A stretch of DNA of 63,310 nucleotides, the filler included, from Folioceros fuciformis (Eukaryota), in NCBI GenBank assembly GCA_049999805.1. It is 22 parts of 22 records of this genome, joined end to end, with 100 filler letters (N's around TTAATTAATTAA, not from the genome) between each part and the next. Parts side by side here need not be neighbours in the genome. Positions count along the whole stretch, not along the records: positions 50,692 to 55,730 come from JBNGIO010002821.1; positions 55,831 to 60,248 come from JBNGIO010002822.1; positions 60,349 to 62,150 come from JBNGIO010002823.1; positions 62,251 to 63,310 come from JBNGIO010002826.1; 18 more parts are not named here. One strand, 5' to 3'. Positions 50,592-63,310 of this stretch are shown piece by piece (position 1 is the first letter of the stretch; every line of letters starts with the position of its first letter). The position numbers and the translations under genes were made by a program. The notes under the pieces were generated by a model. That model saw only the letters and a program-made list of their open reading frames with translations. It ran no database searches and was not told the origin of the DNA.

Positions 50592-50691
50592 NNNNNNNNN
50601 NNNNNNNNNNNNNNNNNNNNNNNNNNNNNNNNNNNTTAATTAATTAANNNNNNNNNNNNNNNNNNNNNNNNNNNNNNNNNNNNNNNNNNNN

Positions 50692-50926
50692 GCCTGGTAC
50701 CGAACCTAAACCTTCCCAGCTCTGGGACCAAACCTATACCCACTCTTATAACCAAACCAACTATTTCCTGGTCAATTAACCTAATTAGCACAAAGAAAAA
50801 TAGGAAAAATAACCAGAAAATCAAGGAAAATTAGGAAAAATAAGTTGAAAAGGAAAACCAAACCATACCACTATTAACCCTTTTTCAACCAAAACAAACT
50901 ACTACCCCAAACTTTGGAGGTTCACA
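50692..50926 (+). mobile_element. LTR 3' end (family E)
   Basis: Near-identical to 12463-12695. Confidence 0.75.
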
Positions 50927-51620
50927 TCAAGCAAAACGGCTCCTTAACCGTGTGGTCAAGAAGATCTTGCGGTATAGTGTCATGAGTTTCTAAGTGAAGA
51001 GCATGAAGTGTAACAATGGTGTCCTCAGTTGCATATGTTGCTGACTTTGGGCACAGTCCTCTAGCTGCATGAGCATATTCACCATCCCTACCTAACGTGA
51101 GACATCGCTTGAGATGCACTTTAAATGTGTCATGGCAAACCATGTTAACCTTAGCTAACTCCAAACAAGATATTGCTGCTAGTAGATCTTTCTTCTAAAG
51201 AGCTTGCCAATCTCTAGATTAAAAATGGCAAAGTCAAGAGACCACCTCCCTATGACATGAAGGACCACCCCTAGAGTGCCGAAAGCACCATATGGGGAGG
51301 AAAAGGAACAAAATCCAAGCACTCTCATCCCTTGGGTCCCGAGCAAGGTGATCTAATGGAAGACGATAAGCAAGGTGAATATCTTCAAATAGGTGGCTAG
51401 GAAATCGTCGAAAGAGGCGAGGGCACGGAACATGAGCATGGAAAAGACCCAACGAGTGATCATATTGCCCTCAAAGCCACAACCAAGCCTTTGGGGGTGG
51501 CCCTAAGGGATTTGCTGGAAGAGGATTGGCATCTCGTTTGGAAAAAAGAACCAAGTCACACATGTGCGACCCAACTAGTCCTCTCAAAGTCCTTATGCTT
51601 ATGACTAATATGGTAGTTCA
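50927..51620 (-). pseudogene. Decayed N-terminal region of a CRE-like non-LTR element
   Basis: LAYRLPLDHLARDPRDESAWILFLFLPIWC..SRGG..HREV and KVHLKRCL match 12974-13300. Confidence 0.8.
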
Positions 51621-51789
51621 CCCCCCTTCACCCCGGAACAAAGTTGAGAACACACTAGGCAAGGGGTGTGCTTGATAGGTAAAGGCTTGGTGTCATATAC
51701 CATATGATAGAGGCATGTAGAAAGTCCTGTCAAACAATCTAAACCAAACAGTTGTAATCCGTAACCCTATGATGCCTTGTTCCACTTTA

Positions 51790-51985
51790 TGCCATTATGC
51801 TCTGCCATGCCAATGAATCCTAAACCCATTTTTCTCCACGATGCTAATAAAACCCTAAACCCATTTTGCTCCACCATGTCATTAAACCCTAATCTCATTC
51901 TACTCTACCATGCAACCAAACCCTAATCACATTTTCCTCTGCCATGCGGCTAAACCCTAAACCTTAATTGCTTGCTCCACCATGA
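51790..51985. repeat. Degenerate ~38-bp tandem repeat containing AAACCCTA
   Basis: About five units of AAACCCTAA..C.ATTTT.CTCCACCATG. Confidence 0.7.
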
Positions 51986-53298
51986 CGCTATACCATGTCA
52001 TGACTTAAAAAGTCTGTTAGAGTTTTGCATCTGTGAGAACTTTCTGTGCAGGTCGCAAATGCAAAACCTGTTTGCTTGGGACGAATACGTTGGCATAGAG
52101 AGTAAATCCTTTACGTTTTGGCTAAAGAGATAGTTGGCAGGCAAAAGTTATCGTGAAGGAATAGTTGAAGAGTAGGGTTTTTGATGGATAACTTTGCAGA
52201 CGGTTGATAACGCTTTAGCAATGACCATTCAGGTGGTTAGTAATAGTATGTTGTAGGCATATAGGGACGAAGAAAGAATGATCGAACCTTCTTTTGATAG
52301 TTCGCTTAGAAAGCTAGATGAGCGGTGGCACACTGAGTGTTTTTCAATGTGTGATAGAACTAAGAAGCTTGTAGCGAACTGAACAATTGAATCAAAGGTT
52401 CTGTGTGTCAATTAGCATTTGTACACGTTAGTGTATAGGAAAGCGTTGCAATGGCATAGCACGGAGCATCATCAGATTGATATCTTAAACTTGTCATTAT
52501 CAAAATAATGTTCGACTTCCTTGGAGCATGGCACAAGTGGGGATAGCTTTGAGTGAATGTATGTGCAGAGCCAAAATGCAAGAGGAGAGTTAGAGCGTGA
52601 AGTTGCATTTGAACCAACTGATATAGGTGTCATCATGTTCCAAGGAAGAAGAAGTTTTGGTTATATTAGAAGGGAGTAAAATTTGGGACGTCGGCATCCA
52701 AGGACTAAAGTTAAGCGATTTGTTAGTTGGAATAGGATGTGAGGGAGAGGAATAGAAAAGGGTTTTGGACTAAAAAAAAAAATTTGAGGTTGTATCACAA
52801 CTAGGAGATGGTGAGGGTGAGCCAAGCTGTGCAAAGTCCAACCATGCAATAGAGGAGTTATAGTGAGGGGAAAATATTCTAAAGTGTGGTGGGTGTTAGG
52901 CAAAACGGGTGAAAGAAGGTGAATAATAGGGTTTTTAATTTTCTTGGAAATTCGTTGTTTTGAGTTTACGACTATGGAGCGTTGTGAGGTGGCAAGCTTT
53001 AGGGTGGCAAGAGTGATGGTGGAGAGAACTTTGGCAAGAACCCAACGTCGAGGGTTTGGCAGACATGGCGGGCAAGAGGAAAGAACGAGTCGTGGCAGCG
53101 GAGGCTTCTAAGGCACGGGCGAGACCAAAAGTTTGAAAGACCGAAAGTCGGCAGCACCGAGACTCACCAAGGCTCAACTGCTGCAATGACTTTAGGAGCA
53201 GACAGAGGAACTGGAAAGGCTGAGGAGTGGTCTCAATCTATAGTTGGAGCGGCTACGGGATGTAGTGACTAACGTCTCTGGGTTACCCACGCTGCCTC

Positions 53299-55730
53299 TG
53301 ATGAGAATAGGGTGTTAATACATTAGGTTTCGTTTGGTGAATGCGTTCATAGCTACTATAAGTCTAGGTGCCCGTTCATTTGGGTTACATCCTTTATGAA
53401 GGGTGTGTCTATTCACCCTACCTAGCTTAAGTTCAGTTATTTGTCTATGCTGTACATAATTATTGTTTAATCAATATAATAATGTAATTTTTTTATAGCA
53501 ATTGGTCTACACCAATTTCCATATTTTCTCATGGTATCAAAGCAAGGTTTAGGTGTAGATTACACTTGTGATAATGCACATTAAAATCTCCACATTCTGA
53601 TGTGCAGGACAATGTATTTTGTTTACATGTTTTATTGTTGTTTTCTTTTAAAGAAACTATTTTAAAACATACTTCAAGAAATAGGTTTATAGCTTTCTTG
53701 ATTTTATATTTAGAAGATTTGCACTTCTAGTAGGTTGTTCTAGTGTATCCATTGTCAAATTGCACTCTAGCAATCTGGCACTAGGCACGCTAGAACAATT
53801 GCCAGAATTGGCAAATATTTAATTATAGAATCATTCACAAAGTTACAAATGTTTCTCGAAAAATAACAAAGTACAAAAGCTTGGCCAAATGAATGGCCAA
53901 TTTGGTGGACGGGCAGCAACGGCGGCCACGCCTTGCTGAGCGCATCCAACAGAGGAATGCCCACAGAGGACAACGAATTCTAGAGGGCAGGCTGACTTTT
54001 GCAGAATCACTTCACCATCAAACCCTGGATTGGATTCTTCAAACACAAGACCAGCCTGAACAATCCCGGCTTGTGAGAGATTCCTTCAACAATCTACTTG
54101 AGGCTATCTTCCCACAACAGCGCCATTTGTTGCTTCCTCCACTACCCAGGAATCAAATTAATCTTCCACCTATTGTAAACGGTAACCCTAGGGGTTTCCT
54201 GACAACACACACATCACCACATGTTAGTGTGTCACAATTAATTGCAAGAATAGAAACACTTCAACAGCATGTTGACGAGCGTTTCCAGAGCATTCGTCAC
54301 AAGATAGCTGAAGTCAGTGTTGACTTGCAAGATTTGAAGGAACGTATAGGACATTTGGACTTCAAGTTGCTTACCTTGCTTAAGCCCGTTTTGCTAACAA
54401 ATCCTGCACTCAGAGGTGTTGCTTGCAAACGTGCTAACAAGAATTATAAGCAACACACTTTTGACGCTCCAAATTCCTGTCCTTCATGCTCTGTTTATGC
54501 ACTTAACAGATGGGAGATTAGACATCAAAGGATAGAAAATAGATTAGCAAATCAACAAGCCAATTTACCTCAAGTTGGTAGATTTGCTCACCCCTTGTAG
54601 ATAGGGCTGCTCCTGCAGTTTATCTAAGATGCAACAGTAGCATCTTACCTCTTCCCAGTCTTTCTCTTCAGTTTGTACCTTGTCCGGATAGGCTACAAAG
54701 CTGCATACAACCATTTTTCCTAACAATTAGGATAGAATTACTACATTCTAATAAATGGCAGACACCACTACTGTAGTTGGTGATATTTTTAAGGAGAAAG
54801 ATAGATTTGGGGGGACTGACTATGACATCTGGGTCATGTGTATGAAAGGAGCCTTACAAAGTAAGAAGCTATGGAAGATAGCAACAGGAAATGAATCACT
54901 TCCAACACCTACTACATCTTCTGAATCTTCTCCTTCTTCTGCTGAAAAAAGATACCAAGAAGCTTGGTATACAAAGGATGAAGCTGCAATGCACCTGTTG
55001 AGAAGTGGACTAACCTCTGACATGCTGCGACAGACTTCTGGCTGCAATACATCTTTTGAGATATGGACCAGATTACATGAGCTGTACGCAAGTGTTAATA
55101 CCACAAGTCAGATGACAGCCCTTCGCAACATTCAAAATTGCAAAATGAGAGAAGGGGAGACAGTTGAAAAACATGTTGGGCATTTTAGATCACTTGTTTC
55201 TAAGTTAGAAAGTGCTTCATAGGAGGCTCTATCTGATGAGCTGCTTACCTTATATTTCATGATGTCTCTCCCTGACTCATGGTCACACTTTGTGACATCT
55301 TACAATGCTTCTCAGCTACAGGCTTCAAAGATAGCTAAGGTTGCAGGTGTCACAATACCACAGACAACATTTTCTGAGTTAGTGGGAGCTCTTCTTCAGG
55401 AAGAAGCTACAAGAGGACAAAACAGGCGTGCTAGCAAGCAGCAGGCTCTTTACACCATAAATAAAAACAAGGGCGCGAGGCCCAACTTCAAAGGTAAACA
55501 GAATACCTTTCAAGGTGCTGGTGCCTCACGGAGAGGGACAGCACAGAAGAAACCCAAGAAGTCTGGAAAATGCCACTGGTGCCAGATTCCAGGACATTGG
55601 GAAAATGAATGTCGAAAGAAGCAGGCCGGAGTACCTCGTAAGGAGGGCAACTCTACTTCTGAGACACATGTTGTGGTGAAAAAGCAAGGCTCACCTTCTG
55701 CCCTTACAGTAGGGATTAGGAAGTTTGCAT
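53299..55730 (+). mobile_element. Second copy of the extra-ORF Copia family: LTR 53299-53531, PBS 53532-53543, extra ORF and gag
   Basis: Collinear and near-identical to 18666-21050. Confidence 0.93.
53893..54600 (+). CDS. Extra 235-aa ORF upstream of gag (copy 2)
   Basis: Intact, and 223/235 aa identical to 19261-19968. Confidence 0.75.
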   Translation: MANLVDGQQRRPRLAERIQQRNAHRGQRILEGRLTFAESLHHQTLDWILQTQDQPEQSRLVRDSFNNLLEAIFPQQRHLLLPPLPRNQINLPPIVNGNPRGFLTTHTSPHVSVSQLIARIETLQQHVDERFQSIRHKIAEVSVDLQDLKERIGHLDFKLLTLLKPVLLTNPALRGVACKRANKNYKQHTFDAPNSCPSCSVYALNRWEIRHQRIENRLANQQANLPQVGRFAHPL

Positions 55731-55830
55731 NNNNNNNNNNNNNNNNNNNNNNNNNNNNNNNNNNNNNNNNNNNNTTAATTAATTAANNNNNNNNNNNNNN
55801 NNNNNNNNNNNNNNNNNNNNNNNNNNNNNN

Positions 55831-57779
55831 AGTAGTCTAGGGCTAGGGGCTGTGCTGGCTCAACAGGATGAAGCAGGTTGTGAGCGTGTGGTTGCTTACG
55901 CCTCGCGTAGCAACAATCGAGCTGAAGCCAACTATAGCAGCTACGAGGGTGAATGCCTCGCTGCTGTGTGGGCAGTGTGCCACTTCAGACCATATTTATA
56001 TGGTCAGAAGTTCACACTCGTGACAGACCATCAACCACTCAAGTGGCTGATGACCAACACCAAGCTCAGTGGCAAACTCGCACGTTGGGCCATGATCCTT
56101 CAAGATTACGAATTCCAGGTTGAACATCGGCCAGGAGTGAAGCACCAGAATGCTGATACCTTGTCACGAAATCCTGACAGCAGTTGTGTGGATACCACTG
56201 GAGCTCGCCAAGATGAAGAGTACAGCACAATGCTTGCCGTATCGGCTCTGGTGGCCATGACTTGCTTGGGACAGGTGCCTGTAGATGCAGCTCAGCAATC
56301 CTCCAAGGATATTTGGGAGGATCCAGCTACCCTTCAGTATGTGCAGACAGGTAGAGAGGACCCGACTTGGACCGCGGCCACAAGGGAACGAGTTCACCAA
56401 CGGGCTACCAAGTATTGTTGGCGGGACGGACATCTCATCCGTCAACAGGCTCAAGGAGTGGAGCGATTGGTACCCCCACAGCAGATCCTGCTGCCCTCAT
56501 CAAAAGGGTGCATGATGACATGGGTCATTTTGGGGTCAAACGCACCTACAGCCTGTTGACTCCCTATTTCTACTGGAATCGAATGCATGAACAAGTGAAG
56601 GAACGAGTAGCCTGTTGCGAGCAATGCGACCGTGTCAAGGCTTCCTTCACCATGCAGCACCCAGAGCTGCACCCTTTGCCCATCATGGGTTTATTCTTCA
56701 GATGGTCATGCGACCTGATGGGTGAGCTCCCGCAGTCTCCACGAGGCAACCTGTATGCGATGATCATGATGGAACACTTCAGCAAGTGGGTGGAGGTAGT
56801 GGCCCTGCCAGACAAGACCTCTAGGAGTACCTCACAAGCCTTCCTACAATGTGTGCTCAGTAGGTTTGGTGGCTGCGCAGAGTGTCTCACAGATCAGGGT
56901 TCTGAGTTTCGAGGAGAATTCCAGGATCTAATGGATGCAGCCCTTATTGACCACAGGAGAACTAGCCGGGACCACCCGCAGGCTGATGGCTTAGCCGAGC
57001 GCATGGTCCAGACTATGAAGAAGGGGCTTTGCAAGCTGTGTCTCCGAGAACCCAAAACAGATTGGGATCTCATGCTTCCATATATTGCAATGGGTTACCG
57101 CATGAGCAAGCATGCTGCCCTTGCCCATTTTTCCCCTTACTTCCTCTTGTTTGGCAGAGAACCAATTCCACCTAGTTCTATAGCCAAACAAATGCTAGAA
57201 GTTGTCAAGCTGGATGATGCAGCTACATGGGCACGTGTGATAGGTAACAGGGCAGCCTTGTTCAAACAGGCCATGCCCATGGCAATGGCTAACTTGCACA
57301 TTGCCCAGCATAGGGATACCCTTCATTATGCACACACTAGGGGAGGCAGTTTTAGGCCCAAGCTCAGGAAGTTCCAGGTAGGAGACTTTGTTTACCTGCA
57401 GAGGCAGACCTCAGATGCCCTGGACACTTCTAGCAGTCGGCATGTGTTGCGGATTCAGGAGGTCAAGCCTAATGGCATCCTGGTATTGCAAGGCTCAGAT
57501 GGTCGGATCACCACTGACCACACCAAGAATTGCGCACCTTGCCACTTGCCCAATCTTGATCCTTCTATTGTCACAGCAGATTGGATTCCACCAGCGGACT
57601 ATCCTTGCCAGGTTTGTCAACGCACTGATGATGCTAACCTCATCTTACTTTGTGATGGCTGCAATGGGGGTTTCCACCTTTTCTGCTTACAGCCACCACT
57701 TACCCATGTACCGGAGCAACTTTGGTATTGTCCCAAGTGCCAACCGGACACAGCAGGTGTGACCAACCTAGGAGTGTAG
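55831..57779 (+). mobile_element. Ty3/Gypsy RNase H and integrase with a C-terminal PHD finger; one frameshift near 56480
   Basis: VAYASR, TDHQPLKWL, ADTLSR, HHCC, TDQGSEF and GLAER motifs; C4HC3 CQVC..LLCDGC..FHLFCL..WYCPKC. G-rich PPT-like tract at 57821. Confidence 0.95.
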
Positions 57780-57970
57780 CTCTTATCGTGCTCTTCATGC
57801 TTTCAGCCCGTCCATCAGCTGGGGGGGGAAGGCATGGACAATCTTTTTGTTCTCTTTTTTTTTGAGTGCACAAGACATTAGCCTTGCAGCTGATGGATTG
57901 AATTGAAGTGCTCACAACAGCTGATACCGGGAGCACGACACACCGCCACAACCGTGATGCTCTAGGGTAA

Positions 57971-58728
57971 TTCGCGCCAAGGACAACTACCAAAGATATA
58001 AAGCCGAAGCTTGATGCTGTCAGCACAAAGAAGAAGGTTGGGCGGCCGCAAGGAACAACGAAAGGCTTTCTGGAGCGGCGCAAGCTTGACGCGCTACGGG
58101 TTGAAGCCAACATGGCTGGTCCTTCCATCAATCAGCGGCGATCATCAACTCCTCAGGAATGAGAGGAGAAGGAGGAGGTTACGCCCTACATCAGGGTGCT
58201 GAACCTGGATGTCTCATATTACAGCAACAGCTGCAAGAGCCGTGTGCCTATGAAGCTTCCGGAACCCATCAGCTACGATGAAGAAACTCTGATTGTGATC
58301 TGTGGCACACGTGAGTTTCCATGTTCTCCAATCTGGTACAAAGCTTGGGTTGGTCTTGATGAGCTAACTATGAAGAGGGTGAAGGTTCTTTGCTGCAGAT
58401 GCTTCGCTGGACACGTCGTCAGTGTGTACAGTAAGTGTCTGCTCCCTCTTTTAGCTGCTGTTGCTGTTTCTTGTTCTTGACAATTGTTTATATCTCCCAC
58501 TTGTTGGGTGCAGAGTCCACAAAGAAGATTAAGGAGGAAAGGAGGCTGGAGGATGAAGAGAAGGCTTTCGATTCTGGAGTGAAGCCACACCAAGAAGATC
58601 CGTCACCCGACACTGATTCCAAGACTGATACTGAAGATGAGTCAACTCACGATGTTTTAAAGTCAGGAGTTGGCATAGAGATTCAGGACATTATTGATTC
58701 TGATTACTCTAACTCCTCGGGCTTTTAG
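57971..58728 (+). CDS. Antisense accessory gene of a Copia element; exons ~57971-58430 and 58514-58728, one premature stop at 58160
   Basis: A GTAAGT...GTGCAG 83-nt intron restores the frame. About 70% identical to the 27632-28400 gene in the core domain. Confidence 0.78.
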
Positions 58729-58740
58729 GAATATTGTGTG

Positions 58741-60248
58741 TTACTCTGAACTGGATAGGAGAGCTTCTGCCTCTCCCATTCCCAAACGCTGTATATGCTT
58801 GTGATGAGCTTCTTTGCTCAAAACCTTTGTTAGTATGTCCGCTGAGTTGTCCTGTGTCGGAACATATTGCAAATCAATTTTCCCTTCCGTCACAAGCCCC
58901 CTTATATAGTGGTATTCAACCTCCACATGTTTTGTACGTACGTGAAACACTGGATTTCTTGCTAATGCCATTGAGCCCTGATTGTCTGTGTGGATTGTTG
59001 TGCAAGTAGGTATCTAAATTCCTAATTCCTTGAACAAAAGCTTACACCATACTATTTCTTTGGCTGCTGCTGTCAGGACCTGGTACTCTGCCTCTGTTGA
59101 AGAAAGAGCAACCATTGGTTGCTTCTTACTAGACCAGCATACAGGCCCTCCAGCAATTGAAATGACATAGCTTGAAACTGATTTTCTACTGTCTATGTCT
59201 CTTGCATAGTCTGCGTCTGTAAATACCTCAAGATCTAGAGGATTTCCTTTTTTATTCTTATAAGCTATGCCAATTTTTGCTGTGCCTTTCAAGTAACGGA
59301 AGGCACGTTTCAAGTTTGTCCAGTGTTCTTTCCCGGGGTTTTCCAAGAACTGTGAGAGCACACTGGTGGTATATGCAACTTCTAGTCTTGTAGTATTGCT
59401 TGCATATATCAGTTTGCGTACACCTTGCTTGTAAGGAACTCCTGTCATTTGCTCCTTGTCTTCTTGAGTTGAAGGTGACATGAGCTTGCTAAGTTTCTGA
59501 CCAATGGCATAGGTGTTGATACAGGTTTTGCATCCTTAAGACCTAGTTGCTGAGCACAATCTAAAAGGTAACGGGGTTGTGTTAGTGTCATTACGCGAGT
59601 CTGCCTATTTCTTTGAACATGAATTCCTAGACAGCTCTGTAAGGGTCCTAGGCAATTCATTCTGAATTTTGTTGCTAACACATCTGTTATACTTGTGATG
59701 AAGGTCTGACTATTGCTTGATAAAATTAGGTCATCAACGTAAACTGCCAAGTAGCATATGACATTCCCTTTGAGGTAAATATACAAGCTACTATTTGCTT
59801 GACTCTTAGTGCCTCCTCATATGATTGAGGTTCAATGAGATCAAGGGAAAAATTATCAGCATGAACTGCCACATGAGAAGAAGGATTCCTGAAGTCTGGA
59901 GCTTGGTAAAGGTCTGGAGGCTGCTTATGACGAGTAGAATACCGCTGGACTGGTTCGGCAGGCAAAACTTGATGATCATACTGAAGGTCAGCTGCATTCT
60001 CATTTTCAACTGGGTCAATTTGGTCAACTGGTTCTGCTTGTTCTGGTACAACTTGTTCAGGAGGAGGTTGGTCCTATAAATCCAGGTCAGGTGCATTGAT
60101 ATGTGCAGGTTCTGAAGTTGCTATGTCCTCAACATCAACCAGCTCAAAACCAGCTGCTGGATCTTGCCCACCTGCAGGAACAATGTCCTCCATAGGAACA
60201 ACCTGTGTGCTATGATCGGATTGATCAAAAGAAGTGTCATCATCCATT
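58741..60248 (-). mobile_element. Ty1/Copia RT end and RNase H, with an internal deletion of most of RT near 59790
   Basis: EPQSYEEAL is joined almost directly to YLAVYVDDL. FTDADYA, SSTEAEY and FHVRTKHVEV motifs. Related to 26627-27652. Confidence 0.93.
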
Positions 60249-61179
60249 NNNNNNNNNNNNNNNNNNNNNNNNNNNNNNNNNNNNNNNNNNNNTTAATTAA
60301 TTAANNNNNNNNNNNNNNNNNNNNNNNNNNNNNNNNNNNNNNNNNNNNCCCTATTATTGTATTCGTCTTAATTACTAAGCTCCAAAAATCGAGAACAATA
60401 TACTGATTATGTAAATATAAATTTGAAATTAATTCATATAGTTTCTTTCAATATGCCACTATTACTAATTAAAATTATTGTGCTAATTACTAATACAAAA
60501 ATTATCGATTAAAGAAAAAGCTCCATGTTTTAGGATAATTGATCTTTGTTGACAAAGTTCTTGCAAGCAAGTTCTTCATCTCAAACTTTAAGGAATCATT
60601 TTCATCAAACTATTTTTATCCTTTAGATACTATATATCAGAAATAATATGCTTGTATTACAAGAATAAAAATTTTACTGTAGGCTAATACAAGTTTCATA
60701 ATTGTGGAATCTTGAGTTCAATTAGTAGTTAAAATGAATATTCTTAAATCATCTCATCTTGGGTTAGTACAAACTTTTCAATTAATGGATCTCAACTTAA
60801 ATCAATGGTCAAAATGGATATCCTCGCACATGACTTCACAAGATTGAAAATACGTTGATATTATAGATAATTTAAATGCAAAAATAATATGTCCATGCAA
60901 CAGTTAGTTACGTTATATTCATCATCTTTATATAATAATAAGTTTTGAGAAGTTGTTCTCCTATTGAGATGATACCTCGCCTTGGCTTCACTAATATAGT
61001 TTATGAGTTAAGACAATAGTTAAATCATTACTCAAACAAACAGGCACCTTGAGTGTTTTTGGTAGAGAGATAGAATGTAAACCCTAAAGTTTTCTTCATT
61101 GTAGGAAGGATTGTGTGTTTGCTCTATCTATGTAAAGGGTTCTTGGTTCATGGCATAAGGCTATTGTTACGAATGCTCG

Positions 61180-61975
61180 TTCAAACCCTAAAGTTTTGTA
61201 CATTTTTGTATGGAGGATCACGTCATGTATAGGCACCACTTGATGTGTGTAAGAAGGTACTTGGTTTGTAGCATGAGGCTATTTGTTACAAGTGCTCTTA
61301 GAGACCTTGAAGGTTTCTTTATCCTCGCATGGAGGATCAAGTGATGTAAAGGCACTACTTGATGTATGTATATAGAAGGTTCTTGGTCTGTGGCGTGAGG
61401 CTATTGTTAGAGGTTGCTCTTTGCACGTTTGATGTACCTTTGTTCTTATCAGGACCAAGGTAAGGCTTCTTTTTTGAAAAAAGGCCAATGTCGGACGGTC
61501 CTTTTTGCTCTTTTTATGTGCGTTTTGCTTTTGTCAGATGCATTAAGGTTAAGGTTCTTATTCTGACATGCATGAGACTGTTGTTGTAAGGTCCTTTGTG
61601 CCTCGTTTGATGTGGCTTCCTTGGAAGGTCATTTTCGTGACGTGTTTGATGTGCTTCTTTGTTGTCAGAACTTTTGAAGTTATCGTCTTGACAGGCGGCC
61701 CGTTGCTATACAGCGCTTTCAACTTTTTTGATGTGCCTTCTTTGTTGTCAGAACCTTTGAAGTTACCCTTCTTGTAATAGGGGCCGTTGCTGTAAAGCTG
61801 TTTTAGCCCGTTTGATGTGCCTTCTTTGTTATCAAAACATTCAAAGTTACGCCGTTGCTGTAAGTGTCTTTAGCCCGTTTGATGTGCCTTCTTTGTTATC
61901 AAAACATTCAAAGTTACAGTTCTTCTAATAGGGGGCCATTGCTGTAAAGTGCTTTTGGCCCATTTGATGTCCATC
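61180..61975. repeat. Degenerate tandem array (~65-85-bp units)
   Basis: CGTTTGATGTGCCTTCTTTGTT.TCA.AAC.TT..AAGTTA recurs at about 61643, 61727, 61809 and 61877. Confidence 0.75.
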
Positions 61976-62299
61976 CATTGGTGTTAGACACACGAAGCTT
62001 AAGGTTCTTCTAGGCCCTTCCATGTACCTCTTCTTAGAAGATTCATCACGACTCTCTTCAGCACTACTCTTCCCTCCCAACTCTCTTGAAGACTCTTCTC
62101 TTTTGGGCCCCTCTATGTACCTCTTCTTGGAAGATTCATCACGACTCTTCNNNNNNNNNNNNNNNNNNNNNNNNNNNNNNNNNNNNNNNNNNNNTTAATT
62201 AATTAANNNNNNNNNNNNNNNNNNNNNNNNNNNNNNNNNNNNNNNNNNNNTCCTTCATCTTATACACCCATTTGCATGGCAACGCCTTCTTGCCCTTAG

Positions 62300-63310
62300 G
62301 CCGAAAATGTGGTGGTGAAGAAACAGAATACACCATCAACACTGACAGTCGGGACTAGAATGTTTTCAAGTCCACTGTTGCTTCCCATTTGTCTTTCTAC
62401 AAAAGCTAATGTTAAACACACATTAGAGTGGTACTTAGACACAGGTGCCACTGCGCATATTTGTTTTAACAGAAATGCTTTTAGCACATACAGGTCTGTT
62501 CCAGATCAATGAGTCTATCTTGGAGATGACAGATCTCTTGTTGCACCTGGTCGAGGCACAATTGAGTTGACAGTGCCTTCTAGCATCAAATTGCTTCTCA
62601 AGAATGTCTACTATGTGCTTGACATTACTAGAAACTTGATCTCAGTCAAGCGTTTAAATGCTAATAACAACAGTCACATTGTTGTCACTAGAACAGATTG
62701 TCAGATTGTAGATGACTTTAACGCTAGGAAGGTACTTGCCTCTGGATCTTTAGATCATGACCTGTTCCATCTTCATCTTCATAGTGGACTAGCAGAGTCA
62801 GACCAGCCATCACCAGCTGTCTCCTTGGCCTCTGCATAACAAGTTGAAAAATCAGAATTGTGGCATGCCCGGCTTGGTCATCCTCACATGGCAAAATTGC
62901 AGAAGTTGGCTGTGAGTACTTTCTATCAAGATGGCCCTATTGGCCCATTAGCTGCTATTCCCCTATGTGAAGCTTGTGTATTATCTAAGAAACACCAAGC
63001 AACATTCAAGAGTAAAGCCCCTTACCGCACAGTAGATATTCTTGAGCTTGTGCACACAGATATGTGTGGACCCCTGTCTCAGCCATCCATTGGAGGTGGA
63101 CGTTATTTTCTAATGTTTACTGATGACAAAAGCCGTTTTGTCACCACCTATGTTCGGAAACACAAGAGTGAGTGCTTTTCCTATTTTAAGGAATATATTA
63201 AGTTTGCTGAACGTTGGACAGGCAAACAACTTAAGACACTAAGATCAGATAATGGTGGTGAATTCATTTCTAATGAATTTCAAAGCTTTTGCAAGGATGA
63301 GGGCATAGGC
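62300..63310 (+). mobile_element. Ty1/Copia protease-integrase fragment related to the extra-ORF family
   Basis: VVVKKQNTPSTLTVG matches VVVKKQGSPSALTVG at ~55670. WYLDTGAT, LWHARLGH, HTDMCGP and LRSDNGGEF motifs. Confidence 0.93.

Overview
This is eukaryotic, plant-type, repeat-dominated DNA. It consists of 22 short fragments joined by 21 artificial 100-nt spacers (Ns around TTAATTAATTAA, which gives stops in all six frames), so adjacency across spacers is unproven. Most of the window is nested and partly decayed retrotransposons: more than a dozen Ty1/Copia pieces, two Ty3/Gypsy pol pieces (one with an integrase-fused PHD finger), several long-LTR termini and CRE-like non-LTR elements. Two host gene pieces are present. 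One is the last exon of a class III adenylyl cyclase of the CAPE type, suggesting a plant with flagellated sperm. The other is a four-exon gene of unknown function. The most notable signals are accessory genes in Copia elements. (1) A spliced antisense gene converging on the pol stop occurs in two diverged elements; it has an AT-hook-like motif, a conserved Cys/Trp domain and an acidic tail. (2) A separate coiled-coil/CxxC ORF lies between the PBS and gag and is shared by different Copia families. In addition, four different LTR families share a structured terminal motif.
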